This document shows, in pieces, positions 62,143 to 64,000 of a stretch of 64,000 nucleotides of DNA (its first letter is position 1; each line of letters starts with the position of its first letter). Source of the stretch: Parasitella parasitica NRRL 2501 (lineage: Eukaryota > Fungi > Mucoromycota); assembly GCA_025201805.1 (NCBI GenBank), contig MU619247.1, positions 1 to 64,000 on the forward strand, in the 5' to 3' direction. The notes below the pieces were generated by a model, which saw only the letters and a program-made list of their open reading frames with translations, searched no databases and had not been told where the DNA came from. The translations under genes were made by a program, and so were the position numbers.

Positions 62143-64000
62143 TTATGCGGCCGGCGCACTATGCCCACATATAAAACCAGAGCACATTAGGTCATCATCA
62201 CTCATTGCAGGCAATGTTCCAGGCGAGATTAGGCACACTCTCACCAGTAATCTTCTTAATCTTTCGTGTGAACTACGACAACCAGCTATATGCACAAAAA
62301 GAACGATAAGTACATATACAATTATCGCATTTATAACCATTTAGATGCAAAAACTTACCCATTGCAGCCTTTTCAAACCATCTAGTTGCTTGTCGAAGAT
62401 CTACAGCACATCCTAGCCCCTTTTCATAGCAATTAGCCAAGTGGTAGTAGCCAGAAACATGATCGCTTTCGGCTGCTTTCTTGAATAGCTCAAACGCAGC
62501 ATTCAAATCCTTCTCAACACCAAGTCCGCTTTGTAAATGAAGTCCTAATTTGTCTTGAGCTCTTGCATGATTTTGAGCACTAGCTTTGCGATACCACAAC
62601 ACAGCTTTAGCATCATCTTTTGGTACACCAATGCCATTTGCATAACAGAATCCCAAATTACACTGAGCCCATGGGTTATTCTGACGGGCAGATTTGTGAT
62701 ACCAAAAACAAGCTCTTTGACAATCCTTCTTGACACCCAATCCTTCTTCATAGCAGAATCCAAGTGAATTCTGCGCAAGTGCATTACCTTGTTCAGCCGA
62801 TAATCTAAACCATTTACACGCTTCACTCTCATTCTTGGGCACACCAATACCATTGCGATAGCAATAACCTAATGACAACTGTGCGGGTGCATGATTTTCC
62901 TCAGCTGAAAGATAGTACCAGAATACGCTTTCTTGCTCGTTTACTTCAACACCGATTCCGTTCTGGTAGCAATAGCCTAATGAATGGTAGGCAAATATAT
63001 TTCCTCTTTCTGCTGATCTCCTATACCACTTCACGCTTTCAGCCTCATCTTTATCTACGCCAATCCCGTTTTGATAACAAAAACCAAGATTATGCTGAGC
63101 TCGTGCATGCCCTTGAAGTGCAGCTTTTCTATACCACATTGCACCTAATGAATCGTCTTTATCCACACCAATACCATTTTGATAACAATAGCCAAGATTA
63201 CACTCAGCCCATGGATATCCTTGCTCTGCAGAGAGCTTATACCACTGCGTTGCCTTGACAAAGTCTTGAGGCACGCCAATGCCATCTTCGTAACAATATC
63301 CTAGTGAATTTTGCGCAAATGCATTTCCTTGTCCGGCAGCGAGCTGATAGTGTTTAACTGCTTCATGTACATTCTTTGCCACACCGATACCGTCTTCGTA
63401 ACAATAGCCGACATTATAAATAGCCACAGTTTCGCCCTGTGCGGCAGCTAATCGGTAATAGCGCATTGCTTCTAACTCGTCCTTGGCAACACCAAAGCCT
63501 TCGCCATAACAGTAGCCTAAAATACCTTGACCGCGAGCATTTCCTTGGTCAGCACTCGACTTATACCATCGAAATGCAGCAAACTCATCTTTAGGCATGC
63601 CTACACCGTCATGATAACAGACACCTAATGTATATTGAGCAGATGGATCGTTGTCGATAGTGGCAGCATGTATTATCCAATCAACAGCATTGGGACATAG
63701 CTTTACTTTTTCAGCCCATTCTTCTGCTTCTACTCTATCGATTTTAACAGAAGGCCGACCATATTTTCGTAAAAAGGCAAGACGAGCCATGGATAGACCA
63801 TCATTTGATTTTTTAGCGGCTGACAGGTAGTGTTTCTCGGCCTGGACAAAATCTTTTGGCACACCAAGACCGAATTCGTAACAAAATCCCAATGCACCTT
63901 CAGATTTGACATGGTTGTATATGTTGATTGCTTTTCTATAATAATAAACAGCAGTGATTGGATCGACCTGATGACCTTTTCTACCGAATAAATGGCTGTT
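62143..64000 (-). CDS. Sel1-like repeat protein (about 14 repeats visible), 5' end outside window
   Basis: Regular 36-aa repeats AQxxLGxCYxxGxGVxKDxxxAxxWYxxSAxQG; last exon 62143-62286 after a GT-AG intron. Confidence 0.93.

Noticed and set aside
62273-63892. Sel1-repeat gene as a horizontally acquired bacterial gene or CHS4/SKT5
   Set aside because: Has a spliceosomal intron and host-like composition, Sel1 proteins are common in fungi, the N-terminus is outside the window, and no CAAX end supports CHS4

Overview
Eukaryotic, intron-rich genomic DNA from a mucoralean fungus. The GGPP synthase is, from memory, very close to Mucor CarG, which suggests a Mucor/Parasitella-like member of the Mucoraceae. 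The first ~5.9 kb has no host protein genes. It holds the 5' half of an apparently intact non-LTR retrotransposon on the minus strand (ORF1 1806-2723; APE-endonuclease/RT ORF2 starting at 1806 and running off the window; ORFs joined by a TAATG stop-start overlap). This element sits head-to-head, 226 bp from its ORF1 ATG, with a tRNA-Thr(AGT) gene. Next comes an AT-rich block of nested inverted and direct repeats spanning an assembly gap. The rest is densely packed housekeeping genes: TPP2, CCDC6-like, SDR, carG/GGPPS, an acidic secreted orphan, ALG11, RPN14/PAAF1, TFIP11, CDC45, GT10 fucosyltransferase, LSB5-like, a nucleolar-type protein, BSD2, RGS, a class I PDE, septin, MEF2, MRM1, FHIP/FAM160, a PAM2-motif orphan, TOP1, SIW14, RPS24, a small orphan and a Sel1-repeat protein, plus decayed fragments. 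The best candidate for an unexplored system is a LINE positioned just upstream of a tRNA gene (possible TRE5-like Pol III-gene targeting) with coupled ORF1/ORF2 translation. CDS coordinates are whole-gene spans (start to stop, introns included), assembled by eye from GT-AG sites. All protein identifications come from motif recognition, not database searches.
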